A stretch of 64,000 bases of DNA from the NCBI GenBank assembly GCA_902628835.1, contig CACOPD010000001.1:185715-249714 (forward strand), read 5' to 3'. How positions within the stretch are numbered: the first letter of the stretch is position 1; every line of letters starts with the position of its first letter. The notes below the pieces were generated by a model. That model was given only the letters and a program-made list of their open reading frames with translations. It was not told where the DNA came from and made no database searches. The DNA is from an uncultured Alphaproteobacteria bacterium. GTDB lineage: Bacteria > Pseudomonadota > Alphaproteobacteria > HIMB59 > GCA-002718135. The translations under genes and the position numbers were made by a program. Of this stretch, positions 40,924 through 50,863 are shown piece by piece.

Positions 40924-42126
40924 TTAACTTAAATTTAGAAAATTTTGACTATTTTTAAAAAAGAGTTTTGATACATCATCACTAATTTGATTTTCAGAAA
41001 TTTTAAAACTTTTTAGCTGAATAGCATTATAATGTTTATATAAGACGCTACTTAATAATGCTTTAAAATGAATCCATTTATAAATTAATTGATCTGTAAC
41101 TCTTGCATCAGAGTGCTGTGGAATAAAATTTAATCCTAATAATTCAATTCTTAAATCTAAAATAAGTTTTATTAAACTAGGTTGATTCATAAACCACCAA
41201 AAACCAAAAATTTTTAAGTTCTGATGTTTTCTCGCTAATACAGTCAATTCATGTTGATCATTTAAAGATAAACATGAACAAAGTATTTTATTATTTGGAT
41301 ATTGATTACATATTTCACTAAGATAATATAGATCAACCTTGTCTATACCATCTCCAGCAAGTAGAAAATCTTTATTAACTTGTCTTCTAACGCCTAATAA
41401 TAGAGATAAAGGAATATTTTTTCTTTCAAGCCATTTTAAAATATCTGAAACAAATCTATTTTTAAGTAATGAGCTTAATTGTAAATTGTTTAAGGACAAT
41501 GCTGCATAAACAGGTTTAGATTCTTCATACACTTTTTCTAAATATTTAATTATTAAATCATTCTCATTATCAAATTGATCAATATTTTTTTTACAAATAT
41601 TTAAACATTTATCCAGATTGATAAGTATATCGTCTAATCTAAGTGATGCTAGGTATTTTTTGGTATCCCATTTTTTATTTTTAAATAATTGCCACTCTAA
41701 TTTATCAAATGGGTTGTTAGTCATTACAACTTGGGAGATTTTACTGATTTTAAATATTTGTAAATCAGTTAAATTTAGTTTGGTATATTCAATATTTATT
41801 TCATCAAATGACTTAGACGTATAATCAATTGATAATTTTGACAAAATTGTTAATACGCCCTTGCAGGCTTCAGAAATAGGCGTTCTTTTTTGAAATAATT
41901 CTTCCCAAATTATTTTTGATTTTTCTTCGTTTGTTAATTTATAAAATTTTTTTATATTTATATTTGTTGTTGTGAATAACTCTGCAATTAAATAATGATA
42001 GTTTAAAACTTCACTTATACCTGAAAGATGATATTTTTTAAATTCGGCGGGAAAAAGGTGGGTATGAATATCAAAAATCTCAGTTTCATTAATAACCTCA
42101 GATATAGTTTGCTTTAAATTTTTCAT
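40924..42126 (-). CDS. uxaC: Uronate isomerase (divergent BH0493-type amidohydrolase fold)
   Basis: DIHTHL, YHYL, MTNNPF, FGFWWF, PQHSDARV. Confidence 0.85.
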   Translation of the reverse strand: MKNLKQTISEVINETEIFDIHTHLFPAEFKKYHLSGISEVLNYHYLIAELFTTTNINIKKFYKLTNEEKSKIIWEELFQKRTPISEACKGVLTILSKLSIDYTSKSFDEINIEYTKLNLTDLQIFKISKISQVVMTNNPFDKLEWQLFKNKKWDTKKYLASLRLDDILINLDKCLNICKKNIDQFDNENDLIIKYLEKVYEESKPVYAALSLNNLQLSSLLKNRFVSDILKWLERKNIPLSLLLGVRRQVNKDFLLAGDGIDKVDLYYLSEICNQYPNNKILCSCLSLNDQHELTVLARKHQNLKIFGFWWFMNQPSLIKLILDLRIELLGLNFIPQHSDARVTDQLIYKWIHFKALLSSVLYKHYNAIQLKSFKISENQISDDVSKLFFKNSQNFLNLS

Positions 42127-42131
42127 ACAAA

Positions 42132-44519
42132 TTATTTTTTAATTTTATAGATATAAGATTTTTTTTTAAAGTAGTTCAAACAATTTTTTAAAGTTAAATC
42201 ACAATAACTTGGATACTTTAATATAATTTGTTCTTTTTGTATTTTTCCTTTTCCCTCTAAACTAAATAATAGCGATAGCTTATTTTTTTTGAATTTAATT
42301 ACAGGTGTTAAAATCAAATTTTTATTAATTTCATAATCTATTGTTTTTCCATCATCGAATATTAATGGTAAATTTTCTTGTTTGAAAGAGATATCAGTTA
42401 AAGAAGGAAAAATTACTATTTCTTCTATTGGAGCTAAATGAGGTTCGTAAAAATTTATTTTTAATTTGGGTATTACTGTACCACCTCTGATAATAATAGG
42501 TAGTTTATTAATGGGTGCATTTATATTCACCCATCCACCATTAGAAATTAATTTTAAATTAAAATAATCAAACCAACCTTCATTACAAAAAGGAAGGAAA
42601 ACTTTTACTCTTTTCCTATTTTTTACTAAAACAGGAGCTACAATTATTCTTTCATTTATAGAAAAAATTTCTTCTTGTTGAAAATGTTCTTTCTCTGGAA
42701 AATCTAAAAATAATGGTCTTATTACTGGTTCGCCTTCTTTATAAAAACGCCAAATTGCTGAATAAAGAATAGGTAAAAGTTGGTATCGTAATTGAATTAA
42801 CTTTGAAATTATTGAAGTAGTATCATTATAGAGCCAAGGCAAATTTGTATTATTTAAGCTAAGTATATTCTTATTCTTATTTTTATTTTGTTTTTTGATA
42901 TTCGGCTTCCATGAATTCATATGAAACCGAGGATAAAATAACATGAGCTGAAAAGAGCGTATCATTAATTCTCTTGAAGTTTTTTTTCCGGTAAATCCAC
43001 CTATATCGTGTCCAAAAAATCCAATTCCAGACAAGGATAGGCCTAACCCTATAGATGCACTCCACTTTAATGAATGCCAAGATGTATCATTATCGCCTGT
43101 CCAAGTTTCTACATAACGTTGAATTCCTAGTGAACCAGATCTAGTGACTCCGTGATTTCTTATTCGTGGATAGTAGTTTCTTGTGGCTTCAGAGCTAGCC
43201 TTAGACATTAAAATAGCTTGTAAAGGAAGCAATGAATTTGTTTTTACTTTTTTATTTAAATAATATGAATAAGCATCTTTACCCTCTAGATCATATTCAT
43301 TGTTGTCATTCCAAATTGTATCAAAACCATTTGATAATATGTATTTTGTAACATATTTTTTCCACCAAGCGGCTCCAGTTTTTTTTGTAAAATCAATTAT
43401 ACTTGCAGTTTCATCCCAAAATTGAATTACAAGAGGTTTATTATTATTGTCAGATATAAAAATTTTCTCTTTTACTGCTTTTTTGTAAATTGGGTGTGAA
43501 GTTAATATTGCTGGTTTTAAATTAGCAGTGAGATGTATACCGTATTGTTTAATTTTATCTAAAAATAATTTTGGTTCAGGAAATTTTTTTTTATTCCATT
43601 TAAACATATATCTTTTCTTACCATGGAGAGTATATCCAGAACCAAAATGCAAACTACTTAATGGAATTTTTAATTTTTTACATTTATTTATAAATTCTAA
43701 GTACAATTTTCGGGAATTTTCATCGTCAGCAATTTCCATTGAGGAAAATTGAAAGCCTAAACTCCATTTTGGAGGAAAATATCTTGGACCAATAAAATTA
43801 TTAAGAGAAGAAATAATAGATTGTTTATTATTTAAAAATATAAAAAGTTGAATTCCTTTATTTTGGAAATTTGCATATCTATAAGGATGATGATAATTTG
43901 AATGTTCACTTCCTAAATCAACAACACCATAACTTAAAGTATTATATAAAAGTCCATAATCACAATTTCTATTATTTTTATTAATTATGTATAACCAAGG
44001 AAACGATTTATAGAGTGGATCGCTCTTTTCTCCGTTATAACCCAGTGCATCTTTTTGAGAAAGTACATATCTTCTATATGATTTTTCTAAATTACCAGTT
44101 TTTTCACCAAGACCATAAATATTATTATAAGAATATCTATTTTGATAATGAGTTATCTGATTTTTCTCCTCATTCCAATACCAAGAACCAGTTTCTCTAT
44201 CAGAGCAGATTTCTTGCCATTTGTTTCTAATTTTTCTACAAACTATTATTCGAAAAGGATTATCATAAACCTTTATTTTTGTAATTTGCGATTTAATGAC
44301 ATAATAATTTTTATATTTTGAGACATTGGTAATTTTATAAATATGATTTTTTTTATCAATTATTTTTGGTAAAACTTTTTTGTTATTTTTATCAAATAAT
44401 TCAAAGTTAAGAATATTATCATTTGATATTGAAATATAAAATCCCCAATTATGCTCCAAATTAAATAAGACTTTTTTTTTGAAAACTTTACAGCTTAAAA
44501 TTTTATCAAATTTTTTCAA
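42132..44519 (-). CDS. Glycoside hydrolase family 31 (Aec37-like subgroup)
   Basis: YGLGEK, PKWSLG, nucleophile region IWNDNNEY, acid/base WTGDN, GHDIGGF; TTG start overlapping the upstream TGA. Confidence 0.88.
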   Translation of the reverse strand: MKKFDKILSCKVFKKKVLFNLEHNWGFYISISNDNILNFELFDKNNKKVLPKIIDKKNHIYKITNVSKYKNYYVIKSQITKIKVYDNPFRIIVCRKIRNKWQEICSDRETGSWYWNEEKNQITHYQNRYSYNNIYGLGEKTGNLEKSYRRYVLSQKDALGYNGEKSDPLYKSFPWLYIINKNNRNCDYGLLYNTLSYGVVDLGSEHSNYHHPYRYANFQNKGIQLFIFLNNKQSIISSLNNFIGPRYFPPKWSLGFQFSSMEIADDENSRKLYLEFINKCKKLKIPLSSLHFGSGYTLHGKKRYMFKWNKKKFPEPKLFLDKIKQYGIHLTANLKPAILTSHPIYKKAVKEKIFISDNNNKPLVIQFWDETASIIDFTKKTGAAWWKKYVTKYILSNGFDTIWNDNNEYDLEGKDAYSYYLNKKVKTNSLLPLQAILMSKASSEATRNYYPRIRNHGVTRSGSLGIQRYVETWTGDNDTSWHSLKWSASIGLGLSLSGIGFFGHDIGGFTGKKTSRELMIRSFQLMLFYPRFHMNSWKPNIKKQNKNKNKNILSLNNTNLPWLYNDTTSIISKLIQLRYQLLPILYSAIWRFYKEGEPVIRPLFLDFPEKEHFQQEEIFSINERIIVAPVLVKNRKRVKVFLPFCNEGWFDYFNLKLISNGGWVNINAPINKLPIIIRGGTVIPKLKINFYEPHLAPIEEIVIFPSLTDISFKQENLPLIFDDGKTIDYEINKNLILTPVIKFKKNKLSLLFSLEGKGKIQKEQIILKYPSYCDLTLKNCLNYFKKKSYIYKIKK

Positions 44520-45538
44520 GATGTTAGAGCAATACCATCTTTATCAAACCAATGAGCATCATCTAGTTTAAACCCAACCTTAATTGATTGATTGGCCTGA
44601 ATATCAGTTTGATAATTAAGTTTTATTGAAATTTTTTGTTCCCCTGAGGTTGTTCCATACAAAAAACTATCAGATCCTAATTGCTCAACTGTTTCAACAT
44701 TTAGTGATAACGAATTTTCATCTTTAATTGATAGATGCTCAGGTCTTATTCCAAGACTTATTGAGTTAGACGGTGCTATTTCTTTTAAAGAATTTGGAAG
44801 ATAGTCAAATTGTATAAAATTCATTTTTGGTGATCCAATAAAACCGGCTACAAACTTATTAGATGGTTTGTTATATAATTCTAAAGGTGCTCCAACTTGC
44901 TCAATAATACCATCATTCATTACTACAATTTTATCAGCCATTGTCATTGCTTCTACTTGATCATGAGTTACGTAAATCATAGTATTACCTAATCTTGCAT
45001 GTAATGCTTTTAACTCAACTCGCGTTGCAACTCTAAGTTCAGCATCTAAATTAGAAAGTGGTTCATCAAATAAGTATATTGATGGTTCTCTTACTATTGC
45101 TCTACCAATTGCAACTCGTTGTTTTTGTCCACCTGATAATTGACCTGGTTTTCTCTGTAAATATTCTTCCATTCTAAGTAGTCTTGCAGCTTCTAAAATA
45201 CGTTTATCAATTTCATCTACTTCCATTTTTAAGTTTTCCAGTCCAAAAGCTAAATTTTGTCTAACACTCATATGAGGGTACAAAGCATAGGATTGAAAAA
45301 CCATTGCCAAACCTCTTCTTGCTGCAGAAATATTATTTACGACTTGTTGATCGATTAAAATATCACCCTTTGTAATCTGTTCTAATCCAGCAATCATTCT
45401 CAATAATGTAGATTTGCCACATCCTGATGGGCCTACTAATACACAAAACTCTCCATTATTAATAAATAAATCAATGCCATGAATTACTTCCAAGTTTCCA
45501 TAATTTTTTCTTACTTGTTTTAATTCTAATGTTGCCAT
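44516..45538 (-). CDS. Carbohydrate ABC transporter ATPase (MalK-like)
   Basis: GPSGCGKS, VFQSYALYPH, LSGGQ, DEPLSNLD. Confidence 0.96.
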   Translation of the reverse strand: MATLELKQVRKNYGNLEVIHGIDLFINNGEFCVLVGPSGCGKSTLLRMIAGLEQITKGDILIDQQVVNNISAARRGLAMVFQSYALYPHMSVRQNLAFGLENLKMEVDEIDKRILEAARLLRMEEYLQRKPGQLSGGQKQRVAIGRAIVREPSIYLFDEPLSNLDAELRVATRVELKALHARLGNTMIYVTHDQVEAMTMADKIVVMNDGIIEQVGAPLELYNKPSNKFVAGFIGSPKMNFIQFDYLPNSLKEIAPSNSISLGIRPEHLSIKDENSLSLNVETVEQLGSDSFLYGTTSGEQKISIKLNYQTDIQANQSIKVGFKLDDAHWFDKDGIALTS

Positions 45539-45540
45539 AA

Positions 45541-46980
45541 TTATTTAATTCCTGTGTTAGCGATTCCAGTAGTAATATATCGTTGTAGAAAAACAAATAC
45601 TAAAGTAGTTGGTATTAGACTGACAACTGTCATTGCCAATCTGTAATGTTCTTGAGCTACATATTCACCTTGAAAATCTAGAAGACATAATTGAATAGTA
45701 TATGCAGTTTTTGTAGTTGATACTGCTATCATTGGTAGAATTAAATCGTTCCATCGCCAAATAATTGATAAGATTGCAAGAACCGCTATTGCTGGTAATG
45801 CGAGTGGAAAAACTATTCTCCAATAAATACTCCATTCACTAGCAGCATCCATTCTTGCGGCTTCAAGAAGTTCGTCTGGAATAGTTAACATATATTGCCG
45901 TAACATAAATACACCAGTAGGGGTTGCGGCTCCGGGTATAATAACTCCCCATAAAGTTCCATTTAAACCAGTGACAGAAACCATTTTAAATATACCAACA
46001 ATTAAAACCGAAGCTGGAACCATTAGAGTTGCGAGAATAATAATGAAAAATATTATTTGTCCATTGAACTTATATTTTGATAAAGCAAATGCAGCCATTG
46101 AATTTATTAAAACTGTGATTATTGTTGCAATAATTGTTACAAAAACTGAATTGTTCAAACACTTGATTGCATCAAAACTCATACCCCTTACATTATTTGT
46201 TAAAGGGTCAGAATAATTAATCCAAGAAGGTCGAAGTTTTTTATTAACGATTATATCTTCAGTAGGAATCTTAACAATACCACCCTGAGGATTTGAAATT
46301 AGCCTAGCATTAACAGTATCTTTATTTGTGTTTAATCTGCTAACTGAATATTCCTCAATTTCATTAGTTTCTTTATTTTCTGCTGAAATTAAAATTTGAG
46401 AGGTAAATCCATTAGGCTTATAAGGTTTTAAACCAAGAAATTCTGATAAAAGTCTAACTTCCTCTTCATTTAAATTTATTAAATATTCTTCGGGGTTATA
46501 TTCTTTTTTTGCATCAGGAAACATACTTGGATATTTTATTAACCACTCAGGAAATTTTTTTTCTTCGATAAGTTCCTTAGCATGATCAGAAACTAAACCT
46601 AAATGAGTTCTTAAAGCATAATATTCTTTGCCTTCAAATTTTGTAAGGAAAAGATTAGGATCATTAACTTCTTTTTTATCTTCATCTCTCAATTCATTCC
46701 AATATATTACCCAATCTGGAAGATCTTTAATTATAAAAATTTCCTTTCCATCTGGTCCAAAAACTGTTGCTCTTACAACTCTGTCATAATCTAAAGGCAA
46801 TAAGTTAGTATCTAATTTTTGAAGTAAAAACTGAGATTTTATAGAATTTAATAGTAACCACAATACAGGTAAGAAAATGATTAGAAATCCTAAAAAAAGA
46901 TAAAGATAAGCAATCCAATCAATAAAAGAAAGTTTGTTTTTTCCATGGGTTCTCGAAAAAAATTTGATTACAGCGTTCAA
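45541..46980 (-). CDS. Carbohydrate ABC permease (MalG-like) with a large periplasmic insertion
   Basis: EAA loop ELLEAARMDAA, WRWND; about 190-aa soluble insert after TM1; TTG start. Confidence 0.9.
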   Translation of the reverse strand: MNAVIKFFSRTHGKNKLSFIDWIAYLYLFLGFLIIFLPVLWLLLNSIKSQFLLQKLDTNLLPLDYDRVVRATVFGPDGKEIFIIKDLPDWVIYWNELRDEDKKEVNDPNLFLTKFEGKEYYALRTHLGLVSDHAKELIEEKKFPEWLIKYPSMFPDAKKEYNPEEYLINLNEEEVRLLSEFLGLKPYKPNGFTSQILISAENKETNEIEEYSVSRLNTNKDTVNARLISNPQGGIVKIPTEDIIVNKKLRPSWINYSDPLTNNVRGMSFDAIKCLNNSVFVTIIATIITVLINSMAAFALSKYKFNGQIIFFIIILATLMVPASVLIVGIFKMVSVTGLNGTLWGVIIPGAATPTGVFMLRQYMLTIPDELLEAARMDAASEWSIYWRIVFPLALPAIAVLAILSIIWRWNDLILPMIAVSTTKTAYTIQLCLLDFQGEYVAQEHYRLAMTVVSLIPTTLVFVFLQRYITTGIANTGIK

Positions 46981-48032
46981 AGTTTAACCTGCCTTCTAGT
47001 CAGATAAAATTGTAGTAATGATAAAAGAATTAACAATAAAGCAACTAGTAAAGATGCCATGGCAGCAATGCCTAATCCAAAAGTTGTTTTCTGACCTCTT
47101 AAACCAGCTGTTTCAAAAATGTATGAAACTAATGAAATCCAACCAACTTGTAATGCAAATAATTCTTCAAAAGCCTGAAAAGCTTTTATTAAAGATAAAA
47201 CTGTGACAACTAAAAGAATAGGCATTAAAAGAGGAAGAGTAATTCTCCAAAATGCCCTCTGATCTGATGTTCCATCCATTTCTGCAGCTTCATATAAATC
47301 TTTTGGAATTGATTGTAAGCCAGCTAATAAAATTAACATATAAAATCCTAAGTGAGCCCAAGTATAAATAAATACTGACCAAAACATTGTCCATGAAGGA
47401 TCTGTTAACCATTGAATAGGTTGGTCAATCCAATTCCATTCCATTAAAGTTTGAGACAATAATCCTTGTCTTTTTAGAATTAAAGTCCAAAGAAAAGCAA
47501 CTACGACTGGGCTAAGCATGACTGGGTAAAAGTATACGGCTCGCCAAAACGCCCTTCCTACTATTTCTCTATTAAGAACAACTGCTGTTATTAAAGCTAC
47601 CACGATCATTATAGGAACTTGGAATAAGACGAATATGAATGTATCTGCTATTGAAGCTTTAAACTTATCATCCTCCATATTTTCAATACCAGTATCAATT
47701 TGTGTCTCTAAAATTATTCTAGATAAATTATCTGATCCAGAGTAATCTCTTGAAGAAAAGTTAATACTTTCTCCATCAGTTACCGAAAATCCAAAATTCA
47801 TAAAAAGTGGTAAAAAAGTAAAAAGACCAAAAATTAATATATTAGGAAATAAAAACAAGTATGGTAAACTTTTTGTACCACTTAGTCTTTGTGCTAATTC
47901 TATTGGCCATCCAATAACTGACATGAGTCTAGAAATATTTCCAATGACTCCTTTGGATAGTAAAAACCCAATAAACAAATAAATAAATATTACAAAATAC
48001 CAGTAGTTAAAATTTAATAAATTTTCAGACAT
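46977..48032 (-). CDS. Carbohydrate ABC permease (MalF-like)
   Basis: LAGLQSIP..LYEAAEMDG EAA loop. Confidence 0.93.
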   Translation of the reverse strand: MSENLLNFNYWYFVIFIYLFIGFLLSKGVIGNISRLMSVIGWPIELAQRLSGTKSLPYLFLFPNILIFGLFTFLPLFMNFGFSVTDGESINFSSRDYSGSDNLSRIILETQIDTGIENMEDDKFKASIADTFIFVLFQVPIMIVVALITAVVLNREIVGRAFWRAVYFYPVMLSPVVVAFLWTLILKRQGLLSQTLMEWNWIDQPIQWLTDPSWTMFWSVFIYTWAHLGFYMLILLAGLQSIPKDLYEAAEMDGTSDQRAFWRITLPLLMPILLVVTVLSLIKAFQAFEELFALQVGWISLVSYIFETAGLRGQKTTFGLGIAAMASLLVALLLILLSLLQFYLTRRQVKL

Positions 48033-48040
48033 TAATTTAA

Positions 48041-48067
48041 CTAAGGCCGATTTTAAATCGGCCTTAG
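48041..48067. terminator. Intergenic GC-rich hairpin between SBP and permease genes
   Basis: CTAAGGCCGATTT-T-AAATCGGCCTTAG perfect 13-bp inverted repeat. Confidence 0.65.
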
Positions 48068-48076
48068 AATTAAAAT

Positions 48077-49327
48077 TTATTCAGCAATCTTCGCAGCTAC
48101 ATCTGCATCAATTGCTGCCAAAGCTTCGTCAAGAGTCATCTCTCCTGTAATTGCTTTAGTGATATAGTCAGGAACAATCCCATATATTGCAAAGTTTTTA
48201 TTATAACCTTGGAACCAATAAGCTTGAGGGGTTGTATCAGCCGCTTTTCCTGCATTTGCTGCGAAAATTGCAAGACCTTCCGCAACATTTGGACTTACAC
48301 CAGCATAATCAATACCAGATTTTTGTAAGCCTTGGTGAGCTGTAATATTACTTGTTGCTGCAGCAAATTTTTCTGCGTTGTCAGTTTGTGACATAAAATC
48401 AATAAATGAAGCAGCAGCTTCAGGATTATTAGTAGACTTAAAAGCCACTATTCCAGATCCACCTGGCATAGCACCACATCCACCAGGGCCACATGGAATC
48501 GGCACAACTTTCCACTCAAAATCTGTAATATTAGTATCATAGTTTCCAAGCATCCAAGAGCCAGACATATGCATAGCAACTGTTCCATCTAAGAATAAAG
48601 GAGCTGCATTTTTATATGCTGTTCCTGATCCAGCAGGCCATCCTTCTGCAGGCATTAAACCTTCTTTATGCCAACCAACAAATACCTCAGAAAATTTTCT
48701 AAATCCTTCATCAACTAAAATTGGTGTTCCATTTTCGTGAAACTTTGCTCCATAAGAAAAAGCTGGACCTGCCCATCTATGAGCAGTTCTATCTAAAGCC
48801 AAACCTGCAGTTAAACCAAGTTCTGATTTTACTTGTCTTAAAGCATCAGCCCAATCATCCCATGTAGCACCTTCTTCAGGCATATCTACACCTGCATCTT
48901 CAAACATTGTAACATTTACATAAGGTCCTGTAACAGTTAATTGAGTTTGCCAACCGTAAATACCATCGTCACCTGAAGGTTTTCTGTACCAAGGAAGTGT
49001 TGCGCCATAATTTGCTTCCCAATATGAAGAATCAACATAAGGCTTAAGATCTAAATAGAATTTATTTAATCCTCCTAAATTTGTTACTCTAGCCAAATCT
49101 GGTGCAGCACCTGATTCTAATTGATTTTCTAGTTGTTCTCTTATTACTTCATATCCAACTGTTTCAATATTTAATGTATGACCAGTTGATGCTTCCCATG
49201 ACTTAGCCATGTCTGCAATAGTATCACATTCATTAATATCCTGATAACATATGAACTTCAATTCTGCTGAATTTGCAGTAAATGAAGCTGAAGTAACAAA
49301 AAGAAAAATAGCTAATATTCTTTTCAT
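48077..49327 (-). CDS. Carbohydrate ABC substrate-binding protein (family 1; resembles AguE-type uronide binders)
   Basis: Signal peptide, APDLARV, ATWDDW, SGSW; GGAGG RBS; the AguE resemblance is from memory only. Confidence 0.88.
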   Translation of the reverse strand: MKRILAIFLFVTSASFTANSAELKFICYQDINECDTIADMAKSWEASTGHTLNIETVGYEVIREQLENQLESGAAPDLARVTNLGGLNKFYLDLKPYVDSSYWEANYGATLPWYRKPSGDDGIYGWQTQLTVTGPYVNVTMFEDAGVDMPEEGATWDDWADALRQVKSELGLTAGLALDRTAHRWAGPAFSYGAKFHENGTPILVDEGFRKFSEVFVGWHKEGLMPAEGWPAGSGTAYKNAAPLFLDGTVAMHMSGSWMLGNYDTNITDFEWKVVPIPCGPGGCGAMPGGSGIVAFKSTNNPEAAASFIDFMSQTDNAEKFAAATSNITAHQGLQKSGIDYAGVSPNVAEGLAIFAANAGKAADTTPQAYWFQGYNKNFAIYGIVPDYITKAITGEMTLDEALAAIDADVAAKIAE

Positions 49328-49495
49328 AATTCCTCCATTTAAATTTAATAAAATATTGATAACACGAACCCATACGAATTCAAAAAAAAATTAATATAAT
49401 TTATAAGAAAATTAGTGATTATTTATATAATTAGTCTTTGAATTTTTTTATTTTCATGGTTTGAGAGAAAATTATTAACTATAGTTGAAATAATA

Positions 49496-50863
49496 ATGAT
49501 TGGATACCTGGGATTAGCACGAGAGACTTTTGATGTACCTTTTGCAATGTCTAAGTTTTTAGAAGGTAAAAAAGTTCTACGAAATATATTTACTGAAATA
49601 AAAGGAATTGATTATTTAATTACTAATAATGAATTATCAGATAAAGCATTTAAATATTTTAAAGATAATAATTTTAAAAAAATTATAATTTTTCAAACTA
49701 CATTTACAGATGCAAAATTTTTACTACACTTTGCTAGAAAGATAAATAAATCTTTGTGTATCGTTGCCTTTCCAGAACCACGAACTGGAAAGAGATTAAG
49801 ACTTAATTCAGTATGTGGATTAAATTTAGGAATGCACTCATTAATTAAAAATAATATTAATGCTGAATTCATATTATATAATAATCATAAAGACGTAGAA
49901 AAAAAAATTAAAAAATTTATTAATAAAAAAATTTATAGCAATAAAATAATTGAATGGAAACAGATTAGAAAAAAAAGTAATAAAAAAATAGATATAAAGA
50001 AACAAAAAATTGGACTTGTTGGTGAAAGACCTGAAGGTTTTGATACATGTGATTATTCATTATTAGAAGTTAGGAAAAAATTAAATTTTGATATTAAAAA
50101 AATAAAATTAAATGAACTATTCTCAGAAGCTAAAAAAATTAAAAAGTCAGTTTTAAATTCAACACAAATAAAAATTGAGAAAAATTTGAAGAATTCAAAA
50201 AAATTAAATCAATATGAATTAAAAAAAAGTATTTCAATATACCATGGATTAAATACACTGCACACAAAACACGATGTTCAAGCATTTGCAGTTAGATGTT
50301 GGCCAGAAATGTTTACACAATTTGGTTGTGCTTCTTGTGGTCCTATGGCTATGATGAATGAAAAAAAAATTAGCAGTGCTTGCGAAGCAGACGTTTTAGG
50401 AGGAATAAGTTGCAACATATTAAACCAATTAAACAATCAACCTTCTTTACTAGTGGATATTGTCGATATAGATGAAAAAGATAATTCTGTTGTTTTTTGG
50501 CATTGTGGGCTAGCGCCTCTTAGCATGTCTAAAAAAGGTGATGCAAAAGCGGATATACATTCTAATAGAAAAAAACCGCTACTTCACAATTTTGCTTTTA
50601 AACCTGGAGATATAACAATATTCAGAGTTTCAAAATCAGCAAGCAAATTAAAATTTTTTGTACTTAAGGGGAAAGTGATCAATAGGAAAAATTCATTTGC
50701 AGGAACTTCAGGTGTGGTCAGTTTTGGCAAAAATACAAAAAATAAAATAGAAAAAATGTTTAAAGGTGGACTTGAACATCACGTTGCTTTTACTTATGGT
50801 GACTATTATAACGAAATTGTTAATCTAGGTAATCAAATGAAAATTCCAACATACACAGTATGA
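49496..50863 (+). CDS. L-fucose/L-arabinose isomerase-family protein; candidate sulfoquinovose isomerase (SqvD-like)
   Basis: AVRCWPE, ACEADVLG, FWHCG and LEHH motifs; ATGA-coupled to the GH188-like gene. Confidence 0.75.
   Translation: MIGYLGLARETFDVPFAMSKFLEGKKVLRNIFTEIKGIDYLITNNELSDKAFKYFKDNNFKKIIIFQTTFTDAKFLLHFARKINKSLCIVAFPEPRTGKRLRLNSVCGLNLGMHSLIKNNINAEFILYNNHKDVEKKIKKFINKKIYSNKIIEWKQIRKKSNKKIDIKKQKIGLVGERPEGFDTCDYSLLEVRKKLNFDIKKIKLNELFSEAKKIKKSVLNSTQIKIEKNLKNSKKLNQYELKKSISIYHGLNTLHTKHDVQAFAVRCWPEMFTQFGCASCGPMAMMNEKKISSACEADVLGGISCNILNQLNNQPSLLVDIVDIDEKDNSVVFWHCGLAPLSMSKKGDAKADIHSNRKKPLLHNFAFKPGDITIFRVSKSASKLKFFVLKGKVINRKNSFAGTSGVVSFGKNTKNKIEKMFKGGLEHHVAFTYGDYYNEIVNLGNQMKIPTYTV

Noticed and set aside
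38263-42126. Uxa/Uxu enzymes acting on sulfoquinovose as a glucuronate analogue
   Set aside because: Mannonate dehydratase chemistry needs an alpha-hydroxy carboxylate, which the 6-deoxy-6-sulfo analogue lacks
42132-44519. GH31 as a YihQ-type sulfoquinovosidase
   Set aside because: Nucleophile region is WNDNNEY, not the MADFGE-type motif of YihQ, and it is co-transcribed with uronate genes; not fully excluded without an assay
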